Shown in pieces: positions 49,275 to 59,536 of a stretch of DNA of 64,000 nt. The stretch is from an uncultured Chloroflexia bacterium (GTDB lineage Bacteria; Chloroflexota; Limnocylindria; Limnocylindrales; CSP1-4), in contig CAWDEW010000009.1 of assembly GCA_963801445.1 (NCBI GenBank), positions 836,438-900,437 of the forward strand, given 5' to 3'. The notes beneath the pieces were generated by a model. It ran no database searches and was not told where the DNA came from. It was given only the letters and a program-made list of their open reading frames with translations. The translations under genes were made by a program, and so were the position numbers. The stretch's first letter is position 1, and the number at the start of each line of letters is the position of its first letter.

Positions 49275-50582
49275 ATGAGCGACGAGACGGGCAACATCGC
49301 ACGACCCACGATGGCCCTGCCGACGACCGCCCTGTTGCGGATCTCCGCGTTCTGGCTGGGGCTGACCTCGATCGACGCCGTCGTGACCGCGGCCGTCCAG
49401 TCCCGCGTCAAGTTCGACCACCTCGTCCTGCCCGGCACGGAGGGCACGTCCCTGGCGATCATCGCGATCGCGCAGTTCGTGTTCGCCATCGCGGTGCAGC
49501 CCACGATGGGGTCGATCAGCGACTACACGACCAGCCGCTGGGGTCGCCGCAAGCCCTACATCCTGGGCGGCGCCCTGTTCGATGCCCTCTTCCTGGTCGG
49601 GATCGCCGGCTCCAACTCGCTGCTCGCGATCACCGCGTTCGTCACCCTGCTCTCGTTCAGCACCAACGTGGCGCGCGGGCCGTTCCAGGGCTACGTGCCG
49701 GACCTCGTGCCGGACCGGCAGGTCGGGCTGGCCAGCGCGATGGTCGGGCTGATGCAGGTCCTGGGCAACGTGCTCGGGTTCGCGCTGGCCGCCGTCGCGA
49801 ACACCGAGGGCAACGTGGGCCTGGCGGTCGTGGCGATCGCCGCGGTCGAGATCGGGACGATGCTGAGCGTCGTCATCCGGGTGCCGGCCGGGCCTCCCGC
49901 GCGGCCCCGCAACGGGCGGTCATGGCTGTCGATCGCGAAGGAGACCTGGGGAACGGACATCCTGCGCGAGCGGAGCTACATCTGGCTGCTCGCCTCGCGG
50001 CTGTTCATCCTGATGGGGGGCGCGGCCACGGTGAACTTCATCTACCTGTACCTCAGCGACGCGCACGGCCTGGACCAGGCCGCATCGGGGGCCGCGATGC
50101 TCCAGATGCTGGCCGTCCTGGTCGTCGCGAGCCTCCTGGCGATCGTCCCGGCGTCGCGCCTGTCCGACCGGGTCGGCCGCAAGCCGGTGATCTACGCCTG
50201 CACCGCGCTCGGCGCGCTGGGCGTGGGCCTCATCGCGAGCGCGCCCTCGATCCTGGTGGCCACGATCGGCGCCGCCTTCTTCGGAGCGTCCCAGGGCACG
50301 TTCCTCGCCGTGGACTGGGCGCTCATGACCGACATCATCCCGCGGGCGGCGTCGGGTCGGTACATGGGCCTCTCGAACGTGGTGACGGCGTCGTCCACCA
50401 CGCTGGCGGTGGCGATCGGCGGTCCGTTGATCGACGCGTTCAACCGGGCTCTCGGGATCGGCGCGGGAGACCGCCTGGAGGTCGCGCTGGGCGTCCTGTA
50501 CTTCGCGGTCGGAGCCCTCTGCCTGCGCCCGGTCCTCGAGCCGCGACGGAGTCGCGCCCTGCCCGCGGCGGCCGCCGCCTGA
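49275..50582 (+). CDS. MFS transporter
   Basis: It has twelve predicted TM helices and the conserved MFS loop (GSISDYTTSRWGRRKPYILGG). Confidence 0.8.
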   Translation: MSDETGNIARPTMALPTTALLRISAFWLGLTSIDAVVTAAVQSRVKFDHLVLPGTEGTSLAIIAIAQFVFAIAVQPTMGSISDYTTSRWGRRKPYILGGALFDALFLVGIAGSNSLLAITAFVTLLSFSTNVARGPFQGYVPDLVPDRQVGLASAMVGLMQVLGNVLGFALAAVANTEGNVGLAVVAIAAVEIGTMLSVVIRVPAGPPARPRNGRSWLSIAKETWGTDILRERSYIWLLASRLFILMGGAATVNFIYLYLSDAHGLDQAASGAAMLQMLAVLVVASLLAIVPASRLSDRVGRKPVIYACTALGALGVGLIASAPSILVATIGAAFFGASQGTFLAVDWALMTDIIPRAASGRYMGLSNVVTASSTTLAVAIGGPLIDAFNRALGIGAGDRLEVALGVLYFAVGALCLRPVLEPRRSRALPAAAAA

Positions 50583-50676
50583 GCGGCGTCGTGCGCGTCG
50601 CGGGCCATCGGCCGTCGGCGGGAGTCGTCCCAGGCCCGGTCCCGGCCGGCGGCCGCCGGCCCGTACAATCGGCCGC

Positions 50677-52176
50677 ATGACCACCGCCCGCGTTCGCATC
50701 GCGCCGAGCCCCACCGGACCGCTCCACATCGGGACCGCGCGCACGGCCCTCTTCAACTTCCTGTACGCGCGCCACGTCGGCGGGACGTTCATCCTCCGCC
50801 TCGAGGACACCGACGTCGCCCGCTCCACGGCCGACTTCGAGAAGGACATCCTCGACCACCTCGACTGGCTGGGCCTCGAGTGGGACGAGGGCCCGGCGGT
50901 GACCGGTCGGCCCGAGCGGGGGGACTTCGGGCCCTATCGCCAGATGGCCCGCCTCGGCCTGTACCGGAAGGCGGCCCAGCGGCTGCTGGCCGCTGACCAG
51001 GCCTACCCGTGCTACTGCTCCCCCGCCGAGCTCGAGGCGGATCGCCGGGCGCAGGAGGCCGCGAAGGAGCCGCCCCGCTATCTCGGCCGCTGCTCGGGGC
51101 TGAGCGCCGAGGAGCGAGCCGCGCGCGAGGCCGAGGGCCGGCGGCCGGCGCTCCGATTCCGGATCCCGCCCGGCGTCGTCGCCTTCGACGACCTCGTCCG
51201 CGGCCGGGTCGAGATCGACGCCGGCGCGCTCGGCGGCGACCTGGTGATCGTCCGGGCCGACGGCACGCCGCTCTACCACTTCACGGTGGTGGTCGACGAT
51301 GCTGCGATGGGGATCACCCACGTGATCCGCGGCGAGGATCACCTCTCGAACACGCCCAAGCACATCCTGCTGTTCCGCGCCCTCGGCCACCCCGAGCCGG
51401 CCTTCGCCCACCTCCCGCTGATCCTGAACCCGGACCGGTCGAAGATGAGCAAGCGCAAGAGCCAGACCGCGGTGCGCGACTACATCGGCGAGGGCTTCGT
51501 CCGCGAGGCGATCGTCAACTACCTCGCCTATCTCGGCTGGTCGCCGGGGACCGAGGACGACGTGCTCTCGCTCGAGGAGATCATCGAGCGGTTCGACCTT
51601 CGCGCCGTGCAGAAGGGCGGAGCCGTCTTCGACCGGCAGCGCCTGGAGTGGCTCAACGGGCAGTGGATCCGCCGCCTGGCCGACGACGACCTGGCCGCGC
51701 GGCTGGCCCCGTTCTTCGAGGCGGAGGCCGCGGCCGGCTTGATCGACCGGGTGCCGACCGCGGACGAGATCCGGGCGATCCTCCCGATGATCCGCGAGCG
51801 GCTGCCCGTGCTCGGCGCCGTCGGGGAGCTCGTCGGATTCCTGTTCACCGAGTCGATCCCGCTCGATCCGGCCCTGCTGGTCCCGAAGCGCTGGGACCGG
51901 GGAACGGCGCGGGCCGGTCTCGCGGCCGCCAGCCGGGCGATCGACGCGCTGGGCGCCGCGGGCTTCACCGTGGACGCCCTGGAGGCGACGCTGCGCGGGG
52001 TCGCGGAGGCCAACGGCTGGAAGGCCGGTGACCTCTTCATGGCCCTGCGCGTCGGGCTGACCGGGCGGACCGCGACTCCCCCCCTCTTCGAATCGATGCT
52101 GGCCCTGGGCCGCGAGCGGACCCTCGCCCGCCTCGACCGGGCCACCCGCGCCCTCGAGGTCGAGTCGCCGGCATGA
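50677..52176 (+). CDS. gltX: Glutamate--tRNA ligase
   Basis: Class-I HIGH (PLHIGTARTA) and KMSKS (KMSKRKS) motifs are present. The product is 499 aa. Confidence 0.95.
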   Translation: MTTARVRIAPSPTGPLHIGTARTALFNFLYARHVGGTFILRLEDTDVARSTADFEKDILDHLDWLGLEWDEGPAVTGRPERGDFGPYRQMARLGLYRKAAQRLLAADQAYPCYCSPAELEADRRAQEAAKEPPRYLGRCSGLSAEERAAREAEGRRPALRFRIPPGVVAFDDLVRGRVEIDAGALGGDLVIVRADGTPLYHFTVVVDDAAMGITHVIRGEDHLSNTPKHILLFRALGHPEPAFAHLPLILNPDRSKMSKRKSQTAVRDYIGEGFVREAIVNYLAYLGWSPGTEDDVLSLEEIIERFDLRAVQKGGAVFDRQRLEWLNGQWIRRLADDDLAARLAPFFEAEAAAGLIDRVPTADEIRAILPMIRERLPVLGAVGELVGFLFTESIPLDPALLVPKRWDRGTARAGLAAASRAIDALGAAGFTVDALEATLRGVAEANGWKAGDLFMALRVGLTGRTATPPLFESMLALGRERTLARLDRATRALEVESPA

Positions 52177-52400
52177 CGTCCTGTTGCAGATGGTGGAACT
52201 CGCCGGAACAGGCGTTATAGTCGCGTTAACGGTCGCGCGGTGGACGTCCTGGGCACGGTCGGGTGCACTGTTGGGCGCGGGTCTGTCGCTGCGCGGATGA
52301 CCCGTTGGGCGCCCGGCGAACCGTTTGGTCCGGGCCATTGGAGGGACGCACCGTGCCTCGCATGAGCGGGCCGGTCGTGCGACAGCTCTGGAGGAGCAAG

Positions 52401-53588
52401 TTGCTGACGAAACGATCCTCGTTCCGCATCGCCACGGTTGGTGCCGTGGCCGCGGTTGTCCTGGCGGCCTGCTCATCGGGTGCCACGACCGCCCCGTCGG
52501 CCGCACCGTCCGCGGCCCCGTCGGTCGCCGCCTCGGCGCCGGCGTCCACCGGCGCGTCCGCGGCCCCGTCGGCCGGCACGGACCTGACCAGCCTCATCGC
52601 GGCCGCCAAGGCCGAGGGTGGCCTTTCGGTCGTCGCCCTGCCCCGCTCGTGGTGCGGATACGGCGCCATGCTGGACGCGTTCACGGCCAAGTACGGGATC
52701 CCGATCAACAGCCTGAACCCGGACGGCAGCTCCCAGCAGGAGCTGGACGCGATCACCGCGAACAAGGGCAACACGGGTCCGGCGGCACCGGACGTCATCG
52801 ACGTCGGTCTGTCCTACGGCCCCAAGGCCGTCAGCGAGGGGCTCGTCGCGCCCTACAAGGTCTCGACGTGGAGCGACATCCCGGACTCCGCGAAGGACGC
52901 CACGGGCTACTGGTATGGCGACTACTACGGCGTGATGTCGTTCGAGGTCAACACGTCGGTCGTCACGAACGTCCCGCAGGACTGGCCCGACCTGCTCAAG
53001 GCGGGCAAGAACCAGGTCGCCCTGGCCGGTGACCCCACCGGCTCCAACCAGGCGGTCTCGGCCGTCTGGGCCGCGGCCCTCGCGAACGGCGGCTCGCTTG
53101 ACAACGCCCAGCCGGGCCTGGACTTCTTCAAGCAGCTCAACGACGCCGGGATCTTCGTCCCGGTGATCGGGAAGCAGGCCACGGTCGCCACGGGCGAGAC
53201 GCCGATCGTCCTCCGCTGGACGTACAACGCCCTTGCCGACAAGGACTCTCTCAAGGGCAACCCGCCCATCACCGTCGTCGTCCCGAAGAACGGGCGCCTC
53301 GGCGGCATGTACGTGCAGGCCATCAGCGCCTTCGCGCCCCATCCCAACGCGGCGAAGCTCTGGATGGAGTACCTCTACTCCGACGAGGGCCAGATCGGCT
53401 GGATGAACGGCTACTGCAGCCCGATCCGGTACGACGCGATGGTCAAGGCCAACGCCATCCCCGCCGACGTGGCGGCCAAGCTGCCCGAGAGCAGCGGCGC
53501 GGCCTCTCCCGACGCTCGACCAGATCACCAAGGCCAACGACGTGATCACCAAGGGCTGGCCGACCGTCGTCGGCGTCCCCGTCAAGTA
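52401..53588 (+). CDS. ABC transporter substrate-binding lipoprotein (PotD/Fe3+-type, SBP family 1) with an apparent frameshift about 25 codons before the stop
   Basis: A TTG start follows the RBS ggagga. A lipoprotein signal follows (LTKRSSFRIATVGAVAAVVLAACSS). After ...AKLPESSGA the body frame turns Arg-rich and fuses to the permease. The +1 frame gives a natural C-terminus (PLPTLDQITKANDVITKGWPTVVGVPVK*). Confidence 0.75.
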
Positions 53589-53621
53589 GTCGGGGAAGCC
53601 TTCCGCTTCTCCCCCGCGACG

Positions 53622-54524
53622 GTGACCGACCTGGTCACTGCCATCGACGCCCGGGACCCGCGACCGTCGCGGCCCGGGCGTCGACGCGCGCCCTGGACGG
53701 TCCTGGGGGTCGTCCCGTTCTTCCTCTTTGCCATCATGTTCCTGGTGGTCCCGACCTCGTACCTCGTGGTCGGGAGCTTCCGCGACGAGGCCGGCGCCTG
53801 GACGGTCCAGAACTACCTGGATCTCTCCCAGCCCCGGATCGCGAACGCCTACCTGTCGAGCATCGAGATCAGCCTGGTCACGTCGCTCGTGGCCGGGGTC
53901 TTCGGCTTCCTCCTCGCCTACGCGGTGATCGCGGGCGGGCTCCCCAGGCCGATCCGGACCGGGATCATGACCTTCTCCGGCGTCGCCTCGAACTTCGCCG
54001 GCGTTCCCCTCGCCCTCGCCTTCATCTTCACGATCGGGCGGACCGGGTTCGTGACCGTCCTCCTCAAGGCCGTGGGCTGGAACGTCTACGACTCCGGGTT
54101 CACGATCTACTCGAAGATCGGCCTGGAGATCGTCTACCTGTACTTCCAGCTCCCGCTCATGGTCCTGATCATCGCCCCGGCCATCGACGGGCTGAAGACG
54201 GAGTGGCGCGAGGCCTCGGAGAACGCCGGGGCGAGCACGTTCCAGTACTGGCGCTACATCGGCCTGCCGGTGCTCCTGCCGTCGCTCCTGGGCGCCATGA
54301 TCCTGCTCTTCGGGAACGCCTTCGGCGCCCAGGCGACGGCCTTCGCCCTCACCGGCGGCTTCCTCAACCTGGTGACGATCCTGATCGGCAGCCAGCTGTC
54401 CGGCGACACGCTGGGCAACCAGAACCTGGGCTACGCCCTGGCCATGGGGATGGTGGCGATCATGGGCGTGACGCTCGTCGCGTACTCCTGGCTGACCCGG
54501 CGGGCGGAGCGCTGGCAGCGATGA
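53622..54524 (+). CDS. ABC transporter permease (PotB-like)
   Basis: It has six TM helices and the EAA motif (EASENAGASTFQYWRYIGLP). A GTG start is assumed. Confidence 0.7.
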   Translation: MTDLVTAIDARDPRPSRPGRRRAPWTVLGVVPFFLFAIMFLVVPTSYLVVGSFRDEAGAWTVQNYLDLSQPRIANAYLSSIEISLVTSLVAGVFGFLLAYAVIAGGLPRPIRTGIMTFSGVASNFAGVPLALAFIFTIGRTGFVTVLLKAVGWNVYDSGFTIYSKIGLEIVYLYFQLPLMVLIIAPAIDGLKTEWREASENAGASTFQYWRYIGLPVLLPSLLGAMILLFGNAFGAQATAFALTGGFLNLVTILIGSQLSGDTLGNQNLGYALAMGMVAIMGVTLVAYSWLTRRAERWQR

Positions 54525-55384
54525 CGGACCGGGCGGGCGCGGCCGCCGGGAGCGTGGGCGCGCGGCCGGAGCTGGGCGACCCGCCCGTGCGCCGGCGGCC
54601 CCGACCCAGGACCGTCGGGTCCTGGATCATCCTGGCGCTCGGTGTCGCCTACTTCTTCCTGCCCCTGGCCGGCACGCTCCTGTTCTCGCTGCGAGCCCAG
54701 CCGGCGTTCGCGGCCTACACGGACATGGTCAACGACCCGCAGGTCTGGTCGAGCTTGCTCTACTCGTTCGTCATCGGGCTGGTCACGATCGTCCTCAGCA
54801 TCGTGCTGCTGGTCCCGACCGCCTTCTGGGTGCGGCTCCGGCTGCCCCGCCTGCGACCGATCGTCGAGTTCGTCACGCTCCTGCCCTTCGTCGTCCCCCC
54901 GATCGTCCTGGTGTTCGGCCTGATCAGCACGTTCAGCCGGCCACCCCTCGCGCTCACCGGGTCGAACTTCGGGAGCGATCTCCTCCTCACCTGCGCCTAC
55001 GTGATCCTGTCGTTCCCCTACATGTACCGGGCCATCGACGCCGGGCTGCGGACCATCGACATCCGGACGCTCACCGAGGCGTCGCAGAGCCTGGGAGCCG
55101 GCTGGTTCACCATCCTCTGGCGGGTCATCCTGCCGAACCTGCGGGTCTCCATCCTGAGCGGCGCCTTCCTGACCCTCGCGATCGTCGTGGGCGAGTTCAC
55201 GGTCGCCAACTTCCTGGCCCGGCCGATGTTCGCCACGTACCTCCAGCTGATCTCGGGGGACCGCGCCTACCAGGCCGCCGCCGTGGCCCTGATGAGCTTC
55301 GCCATCACGTGGGCGGCGATGGGCGTGATCACCGTGGTCGGCCGGGGCAGCCAGGAAAAGATCGAGCTGACCGGAGCCCACTGA
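54521..55384 (+). CDS. ABC transporter permease (PotC-like)
   Basis: It starts at an ATGA overlap. It has six TM helices and the EAA motif (EASQSLGAGWFTILWRVILP). Confidence 0.85.
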   Translation: MTDRAGAAAGSVGARPELGDPPVRRRPRPRTVGSWIILALGVAYFFLPLAGTLLFSLRAQPAFAAYTDMVNDPQVWSSLLYSFVIGLVTIVLSIVLLVPTAFWVRLRLPRLRPIVEFVTLLPFVVPPIVLVFGLISTFSRPPLALTGSNFGSDLLLTCAYVILSFPYMYRAIDAGLRTIDIRTLTEASQSLGAGWFTILWRVILPNLRVSILSGAFLTLAIVVGEFTVANFLARPMFATYLQLISGDRAYQAAAVALMSFAITWAAMGVITVVGRGSQEKIELTGAH

Positions 55385-55413
55385 CCCATGTCGCTGACGG
55401 AGACGACCGCCGC

Positions 55414-56487
55414 ATGAGCTACCTGACCCTCAACGGAATCCAGAAGCGGTTCGCCGGCGGAGTCGTGGCCGTCGAGGGATTCGACCTGGGCGTTGCCAAG
55501 GGCGAGTTCGTCTCCTTCCTGGGGCCGTCCGGCTGCGGCAAGACGACCACCCTGCGCATGGTCGCCGGCTTCGAGCAGCCTACGACGGGCACGATCGTCC
55601 TGGACGGCAGCGATATCACGAACAAGCCGCCCAACCGCCGGAACGTCGGGATGGTCTTCCAGTCCTACGCCCTCTTCCCGAACATGACGGTGGCCAGGAA
55701 CATCGGCTTCGGCCTCCGGGTCCGCGGGCGCGACAAGGCCACGATCGACACGCGGGTCGAAGAGCTCCTGGAGCTGATCGGCCTGCCCGGTCGGGGCAAC
55801 CGGTACCCGTGGCAGATGTCCGGTGGCCAGCAGCAGCGCGTTGCCCTGGCGCGAGCCCTGGCCTTCGAGCCGCAGGTGCTCCTGCTCGACGAGCCGCTCT
55901 CGGCGCTGGACGCGAAGATCCGGGTGAGCCTGCGCCAGGAGATCCGCTCGATCCAGCGGAAGCTGGGCATCACCACGATCTACGTCACCCACGACCAGGA
56001 GGAGGCCCTCTCGCTTTCCGACCGGATCGTCGTGATGAGCGAGGGGCGGATCGAGCAGATCGGGACGCCCTTCGAGATCTACAACTTCCCCAGGACGGCG
56101 TTCGTGGCCCGCTTCGTGGGCACGCTCAACGTCCTGGACGGGAAGATCGTGGACGCCGCGACCGGCCGGGTGGCGGCGGGCGGCAGCGAGCTCCAGTCCG
56201 GCAAGCGCCTCGACGGAGCGGCGGGCAGCCCCGTGTCCGTCGCCCTGCGCCCGGAGCTCCTCGCCCTCGGCGACGCGGCGGCAGGTCCCAACCGGTTCGC
56301 GGGCACGATCGACGACGTGACGTTCCTGGGGGCCGTCGTGCGGATCCGCGTCCGGCTCCCGAGCGGCGACGCCGTTGCCGTGGACACGTTCAACAACCCG
56401 CACCTTCGGGTTCCCGCGCGGGGGGATGCCGTGAACGTTGGCTTCTCCACCGAGGCCTGCCTGATCCTCGGGGCAGGCGGGACCTGA
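55414..56487 (+). CDS. ABC transporter ATP-binding protein (PotA/FbpC-like with C-terminal TOBE domain)
   Basis: Walker A (GPSGCGKTT), the signature (MSGGQQQRVALARAL) and Walker B (LLLDEPLSALD) are present. A C-terminal TOBE-like region follows. Confidence 0.9.
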   Translation: MSYLTLNGIQKRFAGGVVAVEGFDLGVAKGEFVSFLGPSGCGKTTTLRMVAGFEQPTTGTIVLDGSDITNKPPNRRNVGMVFQSYALFPNMTVARNIGFGLRVRGRDKATIDTRVEELLELIGLPGRGNRYPWQMSGGQQQRVALARALAFEPQVLLLDEPLSALDAKIRVSLRQEIRSIQRKLGITTIYVTHDQEEALSLSDRIVVMSEGRIEQIGTPFEIYNFPRTAFVARFVGTLNVLDGKIVDAATGRVAAGGSELQSGKRLDGAAGSPVSVALRPELLALGDAAAGPNRFAGTIDDVTFLGAVVRIRVRLPSGDAVAVDTFNNPHLRVPARGDAVNVGFSTEACLILGAGGT

Positions 56488-56536
56488 TCAACGGTCCGGC
56501 CTCACGGACCGGGCTGTCGAGGAACCGGGCGAGACC

Positions 56537-56821
56537 GTGGCGAACAACAGATCGGAGGCCACCATGGCCAGGGGCACCAGGAAGCCGGGCGGCTCGTCGG
56601 AGGCGGGGGCTCGACCGAAGGGCGCGAAGCGCCGGCTGCGCCGCCTCGAGCGCGACATCGAGATGATCCGCGACCTCGAGGCGCGTCGGGCACGGCAACT
56701 GGAGTCTGCCCGGGTGGTGCGCGAGGCTCTCGAGGGCAAGCTGGCCCTGCTGCGCGGCGCGTTGGGGCCGGCCGGGGCCGCCGCGCAGCCGGCGGCGGGC
56801 GAGCCGCCCGAAGAGCCGTAG
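56537..56821 (+). CDS. Small basic hypothetical protein with predicted coiled coil
   Basis: The 94-aa ORF is Lys/Arg-rich at its N-terminus, followed by heptad-like LERDIEMIRDLEARRARQLESARVVREALEGKLALL. The call is weak. Confidence 0.3.
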   Translation: MANNRSEATMARGTRKPGGSSEAGARPKGAKRRLRRLERDIEMIRDLEARRARQLESARVVREALEGKLALLRGALGPAGAAAQPAAGEPPEEP

Positions 56822-56945
56822 CGACGCGCCGTGTTTGGCGGGCGGTCGTGGGCCGAGCTGATCGGCCCGCATGCCGCGGGGAAACTCGCGAGCAGCCGGG
56901 AAGGTTGACCCTGCCGAAACGCCGTGTTAACGCGGGCGCCTATCC

Positions 56946-57644
56946 TTGGATGCGATGGCCCGCACGATCCTGCTCGTCGACGACGAGCCGACCCTCCGCG
57001 AGACGCTCGCGGAGGCGCTCGAGGCGGAGGGATTCCGGGTGGTGACCGCCGCGGACGGCCGCGAGGCCCTGGCCCGCTTCCGCGAGGTACATCCCGACCT
57101 GGTCGTGCTCGACCTGATGCTGCCCGAGCTCTCCGGGATCGAGGTCTGCCGGATCATCCGCCAGGAGTCGGGCGTCCCGATCCTGATGCTCACCGCCAAG
57201 ACCGGCGAGGTCGACAAGGTGGTGGGCCTGGAGCTGGGTGCGGACGACTACGTCACGAAGCCGTTCAGCCTTCGCGAGCTGACCGCTCGCATCCGCGCCA
57301 TCCTGCGCCGGACGGAGCAGGCCGCGACGGCGCCGGCGGTCACCGTGGAGCTCGGCCCCCTGGTCGTCGACCTTGCCGGTCATCGACTCCTCCGCGACGG
57401 GCAGGCGGTCCCGCTCAAGCCCAAGGCGTTCGAGCTGCTTGCCTTCCTGGTCAGCAATCCGGGCCAGGTCTTCTCGCGCGACCAGCTCCTTGAGCAGGTC
57501 TGGGGCTACGAGTACGGCGGCGAATCGCGGACGGTGGACGTCCACGTGCACTGGCTGCGCTCGGCCATCGAGGCGGACCCGGCCGAGCCGGCCTGGATCC
57601 AGACCGTGCGCGGCGTCGGCTACGTGTTTCGACGCGCGGGCTGA
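56946..57644 (+). CDS. OmpR/PhoB-family response regulator (RegX3/PhoP-like)
   Basis: The receiver domain has a phospho-acceptor Asp (LVVLDLMLPE). The winged-helix output domain is present (VDVHVHWLRSAIE ... TVRGVGY). Confidence 0.9.
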   Translation: MDAMARTILLVDDEPTLRETLAEALEAEGFRVVTAADGREALARFREVHPDLVVLDLMLPELSGIEVCRIIRQESGVPILMLTAKTGEVDKVVGLELGADDYVTKPFSLRELTARIRAILRRTEQAATAPAVTVELGPLVVDLAGHRLLRDGQAVPLKPKAFELLAFLVSNPGQVFSRDQLLEQVWGYEYGGESRTVDVHVHWLRSAIEADPAEPAWIQTVRGVGYVFRRAG

Positions 57645-57720
57645 GCCGGGGCGACGCGTACCGCCCGACGGGCGGCGGGGACGGCGCACGGCGCCAGGGA
57701 CGCGACGGGATCCGCCCCGC

Positions 57721-58335
57721 CTAGCCCCCCTTGGCCACGATCCGCTCGATCACCTCGGCGGCATCCTCGGCCGCGTCGATCGTGTCCTCGAGCGCCGTGT
57801 ACAGGTCGCGCAGCTTGATGACCTCCAGGGGGTCCATGCGGTCGCGGAAGAGACGTCCGATCGCCGCCCGCGAGAGCCCGTCGGCCTCGTGCTCCAGGTC
57901 GTGGATCTCCCTGAGATGAGGTCCGATCGAATCCTGCTTCTGCAGCTGCCGGATCGCCTCCAGCAGCTGGGCGGACTGGGCGGCGACGATCCCGGCCAGG
58001 CGGCGGGCCTCGGGCGTCGGCTGCTCGATGCCGTAGATCACGAAGGTCTCCGCCGTCCGCTGGATCCCGTCGACGACGTCATCGAGCCGGTTGACCAGCT
58101 CGTGGATGTCCTCCCGGTCGAACGGCGTGATGAAGGCCTTCTCCAGCCGGGCCGAGATCGCGGCGTCGATCACGTCGCCCTCGTGCTCGAGGGCCTGGAT
58201 CGAGGCGACCCGCTCGTCGAGATGGTCGTACGCGGTGACGAGGTCGTCGAGCTCGCGCGCCGCCGTGACGAGGTTCTCCGCATCGCGCAGGAAGTCGACA
58301 TAGAAGGCATCGTCCCTGGGAATCAGGCGGACCAT
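57721..58335 (-). CDS. DUF47 / PhoU-like phosphate-transport regulator family protein (PiT-associated)
   Basis: It has the TIGR00153-like pattern (FLRDAENLVTAARELDDLV ... EHEGDVI ... EHEADGL). It lies immediately upstream of, and co-directional with, pit. Confidence 0.85.
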   Translation of the reverse strand: MVRLIPRDDAFYVDFLRDAENLVTAARELDDLVTAYDHLDERVASIQALEHEGDVIDAAISARLEKAFITPFDREDIHELVNRLDDVVDGIQRTAETFVIYGIEQPTPEARRLAGIVAAQSAQLLEAIRQLQKQDSIGPHLREIHDLEHEADGLSRAAIGRLFRDRMDPLEVIKLRDLYTALEDTIDAAEDAAEVIERIVAKGG

Positions 58336-58354
58336 CGATCTCCCTTCCGACGCG

Positions 58355-59347
58355 TCACCGGACGCCAACCAGGTGGAGGGCCAGCCAGGCGGCGGCACCC
58401 ACGATCATGGTGGCCGGGATCGTCACGATCCAGGCGATGAGGATGCTCCGGGCGACGCCCCAGCGCACGCCGCGCGGCCCCTTGCTGGACCCGACGCCCA
58501 TGATGGCGCTGGAGATCACGTGGGTCGTCGAGACCGGCATCCCGAGGTGGGCAGTCGCCAGGAGGACCGAGGCGGCCGTCGTCTCCGCCGCGAAGCCGTG
58601 GATCGGCTCCAGGTCCACGACCCGGTGGCCCATGGTGGCCATGATCCGCCAGCCGCCGACCGCGGTGCCCAGGGAGATCGCCGAGGCGGATACGACGATC
58701 ACCCAGGCAGGCACGTCATTGGTGGGGATGACCCCGGCCGAGAAGAGGGCGAGGGTGATGATCCCCATCGTCTTCTGGGCGTCGTTCGAGCCGTGGCTGA
58801 AGGCCATGTACCCGGCCGAGAGCACCTGCAGGCGGCGGAAGCGCCTCGACAGGGGCCGTCGATCCGCGCGCCGGAAGATCCAGTAGAGGCAGATCATCAG
58901 GAGGAACGCGATCACGAAGCCGAGGACGGGCGACGTGATGAGCGGTACGAGCACCTTGCTGACCAGGCCGTCCCACTTCACGGCGCCGGTGCCGGCCGCG
59001 ATGATCGTCGCGCCGAGAAGGCCGCCGATGAGGGCATGGCTGCTGGAGCTGGGGATTCCCCACAGCCAGGTGGCCAGGTTCCAGGCGATCGCGCCCAGGA
59101 GGGCGGCCATGACCACCACCTGGGTCGTCGTCGCCTCGACCACCAGCCCGGCCCCGATCGTCTTGGCGACCGCGGTGCCGGCGAACGCGCCGATGAAGTT
59201 GAACGCGGCGGCCATCCCGATCGCGTAGGCCGGGCGGAGGGCCCGCGTGGCCACCGACGTCGCGATCGCGTTCGCCGTGTCGTGGAATCCGTTGATGTAG
59301 TCGAAGAAGACGGCGAGGACCAGGACGGCGAGGAGGGCGAGGGTCAT
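58355..59347 (-). CDS. pit: Inorganic phosphate transporter, PiT family
   Basis: PHO4 motifs are present (FFDYINGFHDTANAIATSV ... GSNDAQKTMGI). The product is 330 aa with about 10 TM helices. Confidence 0.9.
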   Translation of the reverse strand: MTLALLAVLVLAVFFDYINGFHDTANAIATSVATRALRPAYAIGMAAAFNFIGAFAGTAVAKTIGAGLVVEATTTQVVVMAALLGAIAWNLATWLWGIPSSSSHALIGGLLGATIIAAGTGAVKWDGLVSKVLVPLITSPVLGFVIAFLLMICLYWIFRRADRRPLSRRFRRLQVLSAGYMAFSHGSNDAQKTMGIITLALFSAGVIPTNDVPAWVIVVSASAISLGTAVGGWRIMATMGHRVVDLEPIHGFAAETTAASVLLATAHLGMPVSTTHVISSAIMGVGSSKGPRGVRWGVARSILIAWIVTIPATMIVGAAAWLALHLVGVR

Positions 59348-59536
59348 CGCGGGCGCACGCTTGAGCGGCGCCGGTTCCGGCTGGAAGTCACGGCCCCAAG
59401 TATGACTGCCGCGCGCCGACCGTTGGCCCCGCGGGGGCGCAGACGGGCCGCGCCGCGGGTCCCTCCGCAGGGTCCCGGTCACGATAGTTAATCGCGCGCC
59501 GATCTCCCGATCACGCTGGCCGGGCAGGATGCGGCC

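Noticed and set aside
46738-49421. Minus-strand ORFs 46738..47916 and 47667..49421, and plus ORF 47298..49184 upstream of 48429.
   Set aside because: They overlap the J-domain gene and the DtxR gene off-frame. The low-complexity linker of the J-domain protein makes all six frames open there.
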